From: a virus | Lineage: Duplodnaviria > Caudoviricetes | Strand: one strand, 5' to 3' | DNA length: 59,916 nucleotides | IMG/VR virus record: IMGVR_UViG_3300033067_000350 | Coordinates: 1 to 59,916 of that record | Part shown: positions 44,079 through 53,296 of the stretch, one piece after another | Layout: each line of letters begins with the position of its first letter | Numbering within the stretch: position 1 is the stretch's first letter | The notes under the pieces: model-generated | What the model saw: the letters and a program-made list of their open reading frames with translations, nothing else | Databases searched by the model: none | What the model was told of the DNA's origin: nothing | Program-made: the position numbers and the translations under genes

Positions 44079-46659
44079 CTGGTCCAAAGGCACCCATTAT
44101 GCCTCCGCTGATCCAAGTGCTGAGTTGCTTAGCAACCATCTGCTGGAACACCAACTGTATCACAGCCTTGGTTAATCCTTCAACAGCTTCCTTGGCTGAT
44201 TTAGCCCCAAATATCATATCAGTAAAGGCTTGACCAAACTCGTCACCAATATTATCAGCCAATCCTCTCAATTCTTCCAAATCAACCAGTTTCTCCAACT
44301 CAGCTCTGTACTCAGCAGTGCGTTGTGTAGCCAATTCGCTCTTTTTACCATACATATCTTCTGCTTCGGCTTGGAATCTGGCAACCTCAACAGCAACTCT
44401 GCGTTCCTTGTTACTCAAGAACAAGGCTGCTTGCTCATCTCTCAAAGCCTGAATCTTAGGCAGCATCTTATGGTCCGCCTTAGCATCCTCAAGACTATTC
44501 AATGCTGCTTTGTATTCCTTCAGCACTTTGATAGTGCGTTCTGCCTCTTTGCCGTAGGCATCTTCAGCAGTTGCTTGGGCCAACGCCATCTTCTGAGCAA
44601 TACTACGTTCCCTCTGGCTGCTGGCCAGAGCAATAGCTTCCTCTTTGGTATCATCAATGAGTTTAAGCATCCTGTTGTGGGCTTCCTCATTGACTATGGT
44701 CATGTCCATTTGGCGTTCAATGTACTTGTCAACAGCAGTGCTGGTACCATCTATTGCATCAGTAGCCTCAGAGTTTGCTTTGACTGTTGAAGATGACAAG
44801 TCATACCAAGCACCAATTTGCTTGTTCAGAGAGTTTACCAATGAGTCAGAAGAATTAGCCATGTAATCAAAGAAGCTGTGGCCTTTTCTAGACTTGCCAG
44901 CAAACTCATTACTAGCGTCATTCTGAATGTTGAGGTATGACTGGTCTATATTGGCCTGATCGGCACTGCGCCTGGCCTGGGCTTGCTTCATCAAAGACTC
45001 TTCATCGAATCTTTGGCTCTGATGGACACCACTCAGCACCATGCTAGTACCCATAACACTGGCGGCCAATCCTGAGCCCGGGGCAATTTTGTTGATCCAT
45101 CCGCTCCATCTATTAGCACTCTTGACCAATTCATCAGCAGAGTAATTGATGAAGTCATGCCACAAGGCTTTTAGTTTGATGACCAGCACTTCCCAATAGT
45201 ATTGTATGGTGTTTGCTGCAGTCAGCATCTGGTTGGCTACAAAGTCAGCGATACCTCTAACCCAAGCAAACTCATCATACAAATACTTGCCAAACTCTAA
45301 TGCCATCAAAGCAGTGAGTATGCTGGAAGTAACAGCAAGTGAGCTATTCCAAGTAGCCGTGGCCAAAGTTGCTACAGCCATAGAGCTAGCAATACCAGCC
45401 AACCAAACGCTGACTTGGGTTCCGATCAGTATGCCTAACAACCCAGCAGTCACTTTAATGACTTTGACAACTTCTTCAGCAGTCTCTTTACTACCAATCA
45501 GCTTGTCGTCAAACCCTAACATCAATCTGATGGCGTCAGTAATGATCACCAACAAGTCTTTGAGGCTCTTGCCCAGACCACTATCACCTATCATAATGGC
45601 GGCATCACCCAGAATGTTGATGAATTCCTTGAATCTACCCATAAGGGTGTTCTGCATGATATCCACCAACAGCTTAGTGGATCCAGCAGATTCAAGGTTA
45701 GCTGAAGTCAATTCTTTCAGCCTCTTGATGTTTTGTACTAATGCAGTGGCACCTGAGACCTGCATCACGCCGAATATCTTGGCCATGTCTTCAACAGACG
45801 CCCCAGCCTTGGCCAAATTAGCCATCGCCCCTGTAAATCCATGGGTCTTGATACTGATGTCTTGTACAGTGAGGCCCATAGACTCAAGAGTGGCTCTGGC
45901 TTTGGCTGTAGGATTGATTAGATCCACCATGATACCACGCAAGTTGGTACCTGCCAAGCTGGCCTTAATGCCTCTGTCAGACAACACGCCTGCGGCAGCA
46001 GCTGCCTCTTCAATACTGATGCCTAAGGCACCGGCAGTTGGACCAGCATACTTCATAGCCTCAGCCAAATCTCTCACGTCAGACAATGACTTGTTTGCTG
46101 TAGTGCTGAGGACATCCACCACCCTGTTAGTTTGCTCTGCTGACAATTTGAACTGATTGATGATGTTGGCGGTGTAGTCAGAAGCAGCACCAAGGTCCAA
46201 TTGGTGCGCAGTTGCTAATGCTAAGATGCCTGGCAGGGCCTTGATTGAGTCCCCAGCACTAAATCCTGCCTTGGCCAGAATCAACAACCCTTCTGCTGCT
46301 TGATTTGCTGACGACCTTGAGCTGGCTCCCATTCTTAGAGCAACAGCCTTCATTCTATCCATCTCATTGGCCGTGGCTTCAGTCACGCCTTTGAGTGAGG
46401 CCATAGTCTGTTCAAAATCAGCAAAGGTCTTGATGGCTTCCTTGACTCCCTGTATAGCCAAGAATGCTGAGAAGAATTGCATAGCAACAGTGCGCACAGA
46501 GGACATGATCATCCCAGTGCTGGACAAACTCTGGTTCAGAGAGTTCACACCGCTAGTTGCTGAAGCTGCTGCACCTTTCACCTGCACAGTAGCTTGGATG
46601 AAATCATTGGCTCCTTGTTTCACTTTGGTTGTTCTGATTGCCAGTTCTAGAGTTGCCAT
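43780..46659 (-). CDS. Tail tape measure protein (TP901-type core)
   Basis: Ala-rich helical protein; L.EAMKY.GP.A and S.AGT.LR motifs; C-terminal A.GG..GE.GPEA. Confidence 0.93.
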   Translation of the reverse strand: MATLELAIRTTKVKQGANDFIQATVQVKGAAASATSGVNSLNQSLSSTGMIMSSVRTVAMQFFSAFLAIQGVKEAIKTFADFEQTMASLKGVTEATANEMDRMKAVALRMGASSRSSANQAAEGLLILAKAGFSAGDSIKALPGILALATAHQLDLGAASDYTANIINQFKLSAEQTNRVVDVLSTTANKSLSDVRDLAEAMKYAGPTAGALGISIEEAAAAAGVLSDRGIKASLAGTNLRGIMVDLINPTAKARATLESMGLTVQDISIKTHGFTGAMANLAKAGASVEDMAKIFGVMQVSGATALVQNIKRLKELTSANLESAGSTKLLVDIMQNTLMGRFKEFINILGDAAIMIGDSGLGKSLKDLLVIITDAIRLMLGFDDKLIGSKETAEEVVKVIKVTAGLLGILIGTQVSVWLAGIASSMAVATLATATWNSSLAVTSSILTALMALEFGKYLYDEFAWVRGIADFVANQMLTAANTIQYYWEVLVIKLKALWHDFINYSADELVKSANRWSGWINKIAPGSGLAASVMGTSMVLSGVHQSQRFDEESLMKQAQARRSADQANIDQSYLNIQNDASNEFAGKSRKGHSFFDYMANSSDSLVNSLNKQIGAWYDLSSSTVKANSEATDAIDGTSTAVDKYIERQMDMTIVNEEAHNRMLKLIDDTKEEAIALASSQRERSIAQKMALAQATAEDAYGKEAERTIKVLKEYKAALNSLEDAKADHKMLPKIQALRDEQAALFLSNKERRVAVEVARFQAEAEDMYGKKSELATQRTAEYRAELEKLVDLEELRGLADNIGDEFGQAFTDMIFGAKSAKEAVEGLTKAVIQLVFQQMVAKQLSTWISGGIMGAFGPASANGNVFNNGSLVPFARGGIVGGPTVFPMTGGKTGLMGENGPEAIMPLSRGSSGKLGVEVTGHATRVTNVNMTVVAKDPNEFRESQPQLIRRMRRSMR

Positions 46660-46972
46660 GTGAAGACTCCCTGGCCCAACTCAACCATTCTGAATCAAGA
46701 GCCAATATGGATTCCAAAAGTGATCTGACATCTGAATCTGTAAAGTCAAAGCACCTTAAATATAGCACCACATCTGTGATAGATAAGGGTGCTGCCCCAA
46801 ATCCGTTTACAGGTCGATTCTTATGCAGGGCATTAAATAATGCCATTGGTAATAGATTGTGCTCCCAAAGTCTGGGTCTATTGTCCCAAGATGGAGATGC
46901 CTCACCTCTTGCTTCTCGTCTCTTGAACAATGAGATGATTTCTGGTTTACCCCAAACAAGTGCCCATCTCAA
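46604..46972 (-). CDS. Tail assembly chaperone, frameshift extension (gpT-like)
   Basis: In the -1 frame relative to the upstream chaperone; R..GFG..PLS motif. Confidence 0.75.
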   Translation of the reverse strand: MRWALVWGKPEIISLFKRREARGEASPSWDNRPRLWEHNLLPMALFNALHKNRPVNGFGAAPLSITDVVLYLRCFDFTDSDVRSLLESILALDSEWLSWARESSHGNSRTGNQNNQSETRSQ

Positions 46973-46980
46973 GCACTTGG

Positions 46981-47403
46981 TCAGTTTCCCTCAGCCTCAG
47001 CTTTGAAGTTGGCAGGCTTGTTGCCCAATTCAACCAGCAACTTTCTGAAGTCATCAGAGTCAGTGATGTAAGCCTCAGCAGCTTCCTCAGAATAGGGTAC
47101 TGGTTTAGAGTTTGGCTCATCACTCTCAGTAATGCCCTCCCAATCTACCAAAACATGCTTGGCCAATGCCTTGGCTTCAATGCTTCTGAAGATTTTGAGG
47201 TCATTATCATCAACGACAGCAGTGTCGTCAGCAATACGCTTGGCCAGACTGGAGTGCGGCTGTGCTAACTTGCGCACAGTCTGTAGATACTCAGGGGTGC
47301 CGATTCTGGCAACTCTGATTCTGACTCCTGAGCCAAGATCGTGCCATACGCCATCCTTCTCCAACTTCTTGTCTGTACCAAACATTTTCTTGAAACTAGG
47401 CAT
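46981..47403 (-). CDS. Tail assembly chaperone (gpG-like)
   Basis: Lies between tube and TMP; GVW..IRVAR and L.DWEG..VPYS.E.A motifs. Confidence 0.85.
   Translation of the reverse strand: MPSFKKMFGTDKKLEKDGVWHDLGSGVRIRVARIGTPEYLQTVRKLAQPHSSLAKRIADDTAVVDDNDLKIFRSIEAKALAKHVLVDWEGITESDEPNSKPVPYSEEAAEAYITDSDDFRKLLVELGNKPANFKAEAEGN
46984..46990 (-). other. -1 programmed ribosomal frameshift site
   Basis: G GGA AAC in correct phase just before TGA; the -1 frame continues KLTKCLRWALVWG. Confidence 0.85.
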
Positions 47404-47494
47404 GCCATCCTCCAGATGGGAAATATTCTGCATGGCAAATTGCTATTCCTAGCCTGTGTGCACACAACCCATGCTTTTGTGTGGGGGCCTGTCA

Positions 47495-47530
47495 GAAAAT
47501 AAAACTGCACACCATTCTGGCATGCAGTTT
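47495..47530 (-). terminator. Intrinsic terminator after the tail tube gene
   Basis: AAACTGCATGCCA/TGGTGTGCAGTTT stem followed by TATTTT. Confidence 0.6.
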
Positions 47531-47538
47531 CAGGGGTT

Positions 47539-48699
47539 TTACCACTTAACGACACGGATCATAATACCCTCAGTAGGATGCATGGCGCAGTTGAAGGTGA
47601 GCTCGGCCATGACATCTTGGTTCTGGGCCGGAGCATTGCGCTTGGCGTTGGTGATCTTGACCTCAGGCAACTCAATAATGTAAGTGTTGCTTGAGGCATC
47701 CTTGGCAATGAACGCCAATCTGACGCTGGTAAAGTTAAGACACTTGTCCACTATAGTGTTGCTAGTGAAGTAGGCATTCATGGTCCCGCTGATGTTCAGA
47801 GTACCAGAACCAATACTGATTGGGTACAGAGACGCAACCTTGGTTCTGGTTCTCAAATTGTTGTTGAGGTTGATAGATGCCTGGGTGATGTCAAATGACG
47901 ACAAGTCCAGCAGAATTGCTTGGACGTCATTAGTCGCCGACATCACATCGTTGGTTGGAGCAGAAGTGTATGAGCCATTGCCGATAGTTGCAGCAGCACT
48001 GGCTTCCTTCTGACCCATCAGACCACAAGACATAGTGAGAATCTGTCCTGCAGTGATGTTGAATCCCATGGTGTTAACGCACATACCTAACAGAGCAGCA
48101 AACGTGCTGGCTACGTCATTGTATTTGCGTTCAAACGAGTATGAGCTCAAAGTGGTGCCATTAACAGCTTGAGCACCCATGGAGATGGTACCGCCAGAAG
48201 CCAGAACCTCATTCACGCCGTTACCATTACCGCTAATGGTCATCACGGTAGCAGTAAGGCTGGTGATCTTACCATACCCATTATTGGATGTATTAACAAA
48301 CCCGCTGATCTTCACCCACTGATTGTTTTGATAGGTGTCAGTGAGGAATGATCCAGATGCCCTAGTGATGGTGTATGATCCCGATCCAGCAGCGACAGTC
48401 AAGCTGGGCATCACGGTACTAACTGCAGTGGACCAGCCAGCAGACTGTAAGGCAGCAAGAATGAAATCATCATGAGCACCAGCAGACAGCTCAAGGTTCA
48501 AATCACCCTTGGCGTCAGCACCAACTCTGACGATCTTGCTAACCTGGCGGTCAGACCTAATCTCATTGGAGATGACGGTTTGGGTATCCTGACCCAGACC
48601 CTCACCAGCCATCCTCATGATCTGCAAAGCAGACGATGGGGTCACGCCATACGTGACTTCTTTCACATACGACAATTGTGCTCTATTAGTGTCAGCCAT
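47539..48699 (-). CDS. Major tail tube protein with inserted domain
   Basis: Y..E.TYGVTP, S.EIR.DRQ, SYS.E, NNNL, I.G...AYF. Confidence 0.88.
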   Translation of the reverse strand: MADTNRAQLSYVKEVTYGVTPSSALQIMRMAGEGLGQDTQTVISNEIRSDRQVSKIVRVGADAKGDLNLELSAGAHDDFILAALQSAGWSTAVSTVMPSLTVAAGSGSYTITRASGSFLTDTYQNNQWVKISGFVNTSNNGYGKITSLTATVMTISGNGNGVNEVLASGGTISMGAQAVNGTTLSSYSFERKYNDVASTFAALLGMCVNTMGFNITAGQILTMSCGLMGQKEASAAATIGNGSYTSAPTNDVMSATNDVQAILLDLSSFDITQASINLNNNLRTRTKVASLYPISIGSGTLNISGTMNAYFTSNTIVDKCLNFTSVRLAFIAKDASSNTYIIELPEVKITNAKRNAPAQNQDVMAELTFNCAMHPTEGIMIRVVKW

Positions 48700-48710
48700 T
48701 TTTAATGCTC

Positions 48711-49151
48711 CTACCCAATCTCATCGAAATGGAATGGGCAAATTACATTGATCTGCCAAAATGAATCCGACCTGCCTACAACCCTAAATGATGGAGTGCT
48801 AAACCTCACGTGAGTACCAACAATTACACCTCTGAACTTATCAGCTATGAATTGTGAAATACTCCAAGCATCCCCATCGCTTTTATCGACTGGTACAAAC
48901 ACCTGTGCTATTGACATCCCAGAATGTCGGTGGGTGTTAGATCCAAGTTTGCTAACCTCAACTTGATTGGACTCAACAATGCTGAAAGAAAACCTGACCC
49001 ATGGTGAGTCTGTTTTTGATATTGGTGCGCCGGCATTATCAGTCAAAGGCTCATTGTCATGTTGGGTGTAAAACTGTACAGGTTGCACCCCTGATGTGAT
49101 GTTATCAAAATAGTACTGTCTAATGGCATCTCTGGCTTCTGTTACATTCAT
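48711..49151 (-). CDS. Tail terminator-like protein
   Basis: PWVR, G...QVFVP, WQ.NV..PF; position in the module. Confidence 0.75.
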   Translation of the reverse strand: MNVTEARDAIRQYYFDNITSGVQPVQFYTQHDNEPLTDNAGAPISKTDSPWVRFSFSIVESNQVEVSKLGSNTHRHSGMSIAQVFVPVDKSDGDAWSISQFIADKFRGVIVGTHVRFSTPSFRVVGRSDSFWQINVICPFHFDEIG

Positions 49152-49543
49152 ATTGCCTTCTCCTGCAACTTAGCCAATATGTATGACAGTGTGCCAGGTG
49201 CTGTTTGAGACGAGTGACCTTCTTCAACAATGGTCGTGATGTACTTTGAGTTATTCACAATCCAAATGACGGTTGTATTGGGCTTAATGCCAGATATTAC
49301 CTGTTTGACTTTGGCTAATGCAGGTCCAGATATAGTACCAACTGGTGATGGATCTGGTGTTCCTTCTCCTTGTGGTTTAGCATCAACAGCCATCAACCAA
49401 TTGCCCTTTGCAGTGCCTGTATCCACTGGCGTGGATTTAACAAACTCTGAAAAGGCCCACTCAACCAATGCGCCCACATCTTTATTCAACGATGCAAGCA
49501 CTTCTTTAGTTTCCAAATCAACTTGAGAATTGAAGCTGCTCAC
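49148..49543 (-). CDS. HK97 gp10-like tail completion protein
   Basis: TPVDTG.A..NW, NN..Y, EEGHS.Q..PG. Confidence 0.8.
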   Translation of the reverse strand: MSSFNSQVDLETKEVLASLNKDVGALVEWAFSEFVKSTPVDTGTAKGNWLMAVDAKPQGEGTPDPSPVGTISGPALAKVKQVISGIKPNTTVIWIVNNSKYITTIVEEGHSSQTAPGTLSYILAKLQEKAI

Positions 49544-49902
49544 TTCTTCATCCTCATACCGTAAGCAGCAATATCTTCTCCAGTATAGATGTTGGTCACG
49601 TTGACTACAGTCCAGACCTCACCATCAATAGTGACCTTCAATCCAGCTTTCATAGTTATGGTGAGAGGTGATGCTGCAACAAATGCACCCTGCTCTCCAC
49701 TGACTATGTTATCCCCGGATATATATTTCAAAGTGGCTACATCCGGTGGAGTGATTTTGACTTGTTGGGATACAGGATTGGTTACTGGACTACCAACAGA
49801 ATCAAAGATGACTGAGTCATCTGTAATGGTGACAGACTTACCATACTTGTCTATCAAAGAGATCACTTTGGGGCCAAGTCTGATGTCTAGTGCTGTACTC
49901 AT
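49540..49902 (-). CDS. Head closure (stopper) protein
   Basis: LI.KYG..V, V.IDG..W.V; position in the module. Confidence 0.7.
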   Translation of the reverse strand: MSTALDIRLGPKVISLIDKYGKSVTITDDSVIFDSVGSPVTNPVSQQVKITPPDVATLKYISGDNIVSGEQGAFVAASPLTITMKAGLKVTIDGEVWTVVNVTNIYTGEDIAAYGMRMKK

Positions 49903-50768
49903 CCCAAATAAATCCTATTGGATGATCCTAACACCGGAGCAAGCATGGCATCCACTTTAGGGTATGAATTTGATACCCTCTTGCCGCCACCTTTGTAGGT
50001 GATTGATTCTTTGATGGGGCCAACTTCTATGGACTGAGAGGCAATCCCGCTTTCATCAGTAGTCACTACGCCCAGCAACTCTTCACCTTGCAGTATCAAT
50101 CCAGCGACATACGCACAAGCATCCTTAACTTGCTTGGGTACAACATTGGAGTCAATTCTATAGCCATCCAGATCATCGACAAACGCTCTTGGCCAATCCA
50201 GGGCTTGGTCCAAATCTGTACGTCTCTCAAGCCATCTGCCTTTGTAATTTTGATCCAAATACGATGTGGCTTGGATGAGAGCCAACTCTCTTGAGTCTGC
50301 GCCACCCGCCAAAGTGCCAGATGTGACTTTGTTGGGCAGAGTCAAAACTGAAGAGACTGTTATGGATGAATTACTAGATCCACCAACTAATGCTTGTACT
50401 GTGATTGTGGTATCTGTCAAAGAGGCAGAAACAAGTGGGTCAGCAGTTGACCCAAGATATTGTACCCCAGTTTGACCAGTCCAATTTATGGCAGCAGTCA
50501 GGTTAGCTACCGTCTCAGCAAGAGTGGTGCCAATCTTTACGTCACCGCTGGATGCAAGAGTGGATTTGAAAGTGTATACAGTGGAACCAATGGTGACAGT
50601 TTGACCGTTAGTAGGCTGATTGTAGAATTGTATTGTGGTTGAGCCTTTTTGATCGATCCAGGTGCTCAACGTGCCATTCAAGGTATGGAAAGTGGTCCCC
50701 TCAGCAACAGAAGCGTAGCTGTTGGAGTTGGTTAACCCTTCACCTGTTTCAACTACAATGACTGACAT
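49899..50768 (-). CDS. Head-tail adaptor (DnaT-like family) with ~120-aa insertion
   Basis: VETG.G...NSYASV ... AL..AT.YLD, Q.L.WPR, P..VK.A. Confidence 0.8.
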   Translation of the reverse strand: MSVIVVETGEGLTNSNSYASVAEGTTFHTLNGTLSTWIDQKGSTTIQFYNQPTNGQTVTIGSTVYTFKSTLASSGDVKIGTTLAETVANLTAAINWTGQTGVQYLGSTADPLVSASLTDTTITVQALVGGSSNSSITVSSVLTLPNKVTSGTLAGGADSRELALIQATSYLDQNYKGRWLERRTDLDQALDWPRAFVDDLDGYRIDSNVVPKQVKDACAYVAGLILQGEELLGVVTTDESGIASQSIEVGPIKESITYKGGGKRVSNSYPKVDAMLAPVLGSSNRIYLG

Positions 50769-50804
50769 AAACATGGCCCGGAGTATTAACCCCAGGCCAT
50801 GTGA

Positions 50805-50975
50805 TCACTCGCCTTCGGTCTCAACCTCAGTCTCAACAACTGCTGGTTTGGAGACAACGTATCCTCTGGCCTCATACTCCGGCAGGTCAGACTCGTTGAT
50901 GATAGCTAGCCCAGCTGGACCGCTGACCTCAATAGTCTTGACTACAGTAACACCATTGGGCACTTGCTCGTCCAT
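50805..50975 (-). CDS. Small 56-aa virion-associated protein
   Basis: Below the ORF-track cutoff. GGAG RBS; MDEQVPNG...IINESD...ETEGE. Confidence 0.6.
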   Translation of the reverse strand: MDEQVPNGVTVVKTIEVSGPAGLAIINESDLPEYEARGYVVSKPAVVETEVETEGE

Positions 50976-50993
50976 TATTATTCTCCATTGGGT

Positions 50994-51030
50994 AAAACCC
51001 AGCCCAGAATCATATGACTCTGGACTGAGC
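50994..51030 (-). terminator. Intrinsic terminator after the capsid gene
   Basis: GCTCAGTCCAGAGTCA/TGATTCTGGGCTGGGT stem followed by TTT. Confidence 0.7.
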
Positions 51031-51041
51031 GGAGGATGGAA

Positions 51042-52184
51042 TCAACCAAGGATTCTGGTCGCCAGCTCAGGTCTGACGAGCTTGGCACCCCAAAGGATGT
51101 CAAACTCCCAGGCCACTCTCTTGTACTGACGACTCACTTCAAGACGCAGAACCAGACCAGTCTGTGGATCCTGAAGAGACATGATCTCGTTACCAAGAGC
51201 CATCTCAACAGTATTAGAAGCCAGAGGTCTGGTAGCAAACGCAAACGCATCTCTATGGAAGACCATATTGACCACGTGCGTCGCAGTCTTGGTGATGGCC
51301 ACGTTGTCAGCCACCGCAACCTTCAGGCCTGGGTAGATGGTAATAGTACCAGCACCGCCGGCATAATCGGTCTGGATGGCATAGGTCTGGGTATGACCGG
51401 CAAAGGTAATGATGTCACCCTTGACCAGAGTACCAGTACCAGTGTCCACAACAATGGAGGTGCTGCCAACGGCATAGCCAGCACCATTGTTCACCAAATA
51501 GCCTGATCCAGTACCAGCAGTGTGGGTTGGCACAGCATCGTCGGCATACCAATCGATGCCAAACTTACGGCCAATCTCTCCTTCAATCTTCACCACATTG
51601 TCGCCGACCTTGTCAGCATCGCTGAATTCAGGCAGAGCCAACGCAGCAGCCTCAGCCGCAAAGTCCAGCATACCTCTACGCTGGTCTCTGGGGCACAACT
51701 GGATATTGAGAATCTTGCGAGCGTCAGTAGCAGACTTGACGCCCACGCCAGAACCAAATGGAGTGGTACCAGCAGTGCCGACCACACCATAGACTCCCTT
51801 GTACTCAGCGAAGATGGAGTCATTAACAGCCTTGGCCAAGGCTCTCACAGCCTCTTGGACCTGCATAGGAATGAAGTGAGCGTTGCGGTCAATTTCCACT
51901 AAATCCTTATCAGACAAGAAGAATGGGGAGTTCTGCTTCCAGTTGGACAGAACAACCTGCACCTTGGAAGGCGTGGTATCGCTGCCAGCTGGCGGAGTGT
52001 TGCTGGGAGTCACATCAATGACCGTCATAGCAGAGCTAATCGGCACATCGATGGTATCGCCCTTCTCTCTGGCCTCATCGCTGTAGTCACCATTAACCAG
52101 ACGAGGCATGCTGGCCCGTTCACGTAAAGCCAGCAGTCCACGAGCCAAAATCTTTGGCATAATGGCTGCAAGATTATTAGCCAT
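51042..52184 (-). CDS. Major capsid protein (P22 coat-like)
   Basis: GDTI.VP, LVKGDI.TFAG insertion domain, FHRDAFA.A.RPL, D.LWG...RPE.A. Confidence 0.92.
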   Translation of the reverse strand: MANNLAAIMPKILARGLLALRERASMPRLVNGDYSDEAREKGDTIDVPISSAMTVIDVTPSNTPPAGSDTTPSKVQVVLSNWKQNSPFFLSDKDLVEIDRNAHFIPMQVQEAVRALAKAVNDSIFAEYKGVYGVVGTAGTTPFGSGVGVKSATDARKILNIQLCPRDQRRGMLDFAAEAAALALPEFSDADKVGDNVVKIEGEIGRKFGIDWYADDAVPTHTAGTGSGYLVNNGAGYAVGSTSIVVDTGTGTLVKGDIITFAGHTQTYAIQTDYAGGAGTITIYPGLKVAVADNVAITKTATHVVNMVFHRDAFAFATRPLASNTVEMALGNEIMSLQDPQTGLVLRLEVSRQYKRVAWEFDILWGAKLVRPELATRILG

Positions 52185-52258
52185 ATGTCATCTCCAAACA
52201 AAATTGCGTTAGTTAGTTACACACAGCTGTCCCAGCTGTCGGCCATCCCGGCCTGGTA

Positions 52259-53053
52259 TCAATCAACAACCTTAATGGTGCCATCTGCGATACCTGCCAG
52301 ATTGCGACCCAGGGCGTCCTTATCTCTCCTGCTAATGGTCTTGACAGCCCCAGAACCTACTGGGGTATTGCCCTTGGGAGCACCGGCACCACCGGATGCC
52401 CCAGACCCGCTAGAGCCAGACGCCTCAAAGGCAGATGGGAATTTGGCTGACATTTCCTCAACCAATTGAGGAATAGTCATCAAATCCGTGCCACTGCCAG
52501 ATGGACTAATGCGTGCGTTACCATCTCCATCTACAACTTCAACAGCGTATTGACCGTTGTCTAGCCTCTTCATTCTAGTGGCCGCAAGAGCATGGGGCAT
52601 CAACAGTTCTGGATTGCCTTTCTTCTTAGCAATCTCAGTGCTGAGAGCAGCCAATCTGATGGTGTGGTCCAGCTGCTTAGTGGCAGCATCCCTCTCAGCC
52701 TTGATTGCTTCCTCTTGCTTGGCAAACTTAGCAGCCAACTGAGCTTCTTTGGTCTTGAGAAGTTCAGATGCCTTCTGTTCTGGGGTCATATCGCCCCACT
52801 CAGTGACTTTCTGTAGGGCTTCCTTGGCCTTTTCAGGATCCAACCCTTCAAACTTCTTGATAGTAGAAGTCAGTTGTTCCTTCTCACCTCTGAGAGTCTG
52901 CACTGTCTTCTTCAGACCAGCAACATCCTCAAGAGCCAACCCAGCAACAGCTTCCACATCAAGCACATACTTACCATCGTCACGCTTTTTGTACTCTTTT
53001 TGTACATCAGCAGACAAACCATCAACCGAATCCAAAACAGCCTTAAGTGCCAT
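52259..53053 (-). CDS. Capsid scaffolding protein
   Basis: Y....DGKY.LDV, coiled coil, F...SGSGA.G; immediately upstream of the capsid gene. Confidence 0.85.
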   Translation of the reverse strand: MALKAVLDSVDGLSADVQKEYKKRDDGKYVLDVEAVAGLALEDVAGLKKTVQTLRGEKEQLTSTIKKFEGLDPEKAKEALQKVTEWGDMTPEQKASELLKTKEAQLAAKFAKQEEAIKAERDAATKQLDHTIRLAALSTEIAKKKGNPELLMPHALAATRMKRLDNGQYAVEVVDGDGNARISPSGSGTDLMTIPQLVEEMSAKFPSAFEASGSSGSGASGGAGAPKGNTPVGSGAVKTISRRDKDALGRNLAGIADGTIKVVD

Positions 53054-53089
53054 TCCATCGCTCCTTATTTGATTTGGGTTCCAATCAAA

Positions 53090-53275
53090 TCAAAGTGGTC
53101 CACCACCGGTACCAGTGAAGTCAATAAACCTTTCACTGGACCGTGTACTTGCTGCATTAGCCCTGCCGCCACCATTTGACATTTGTGGTCTTTGTGTAGC
53201 TTTGATAGCAGCTTTGGTCTCATCCTTGAGCGGAATGAGCTTAGCTGGGTATACATTGTATTTAGCAGGCTTCAT
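53090..53275 (-). CDS. Hypothetical small protein
   Basis: Fills the portal-scaffold gap; weak RBS. Confidence 0.35.
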   Translation of the reverse strand: MKPAKYNVYPAKLIPLKDETKAAIKATQRPQMSNGGGRANAASTRSSERFIDFTGTGGGPL

Positions 53276-53296
53276 ATCGGGATTATCGTATTGGTT

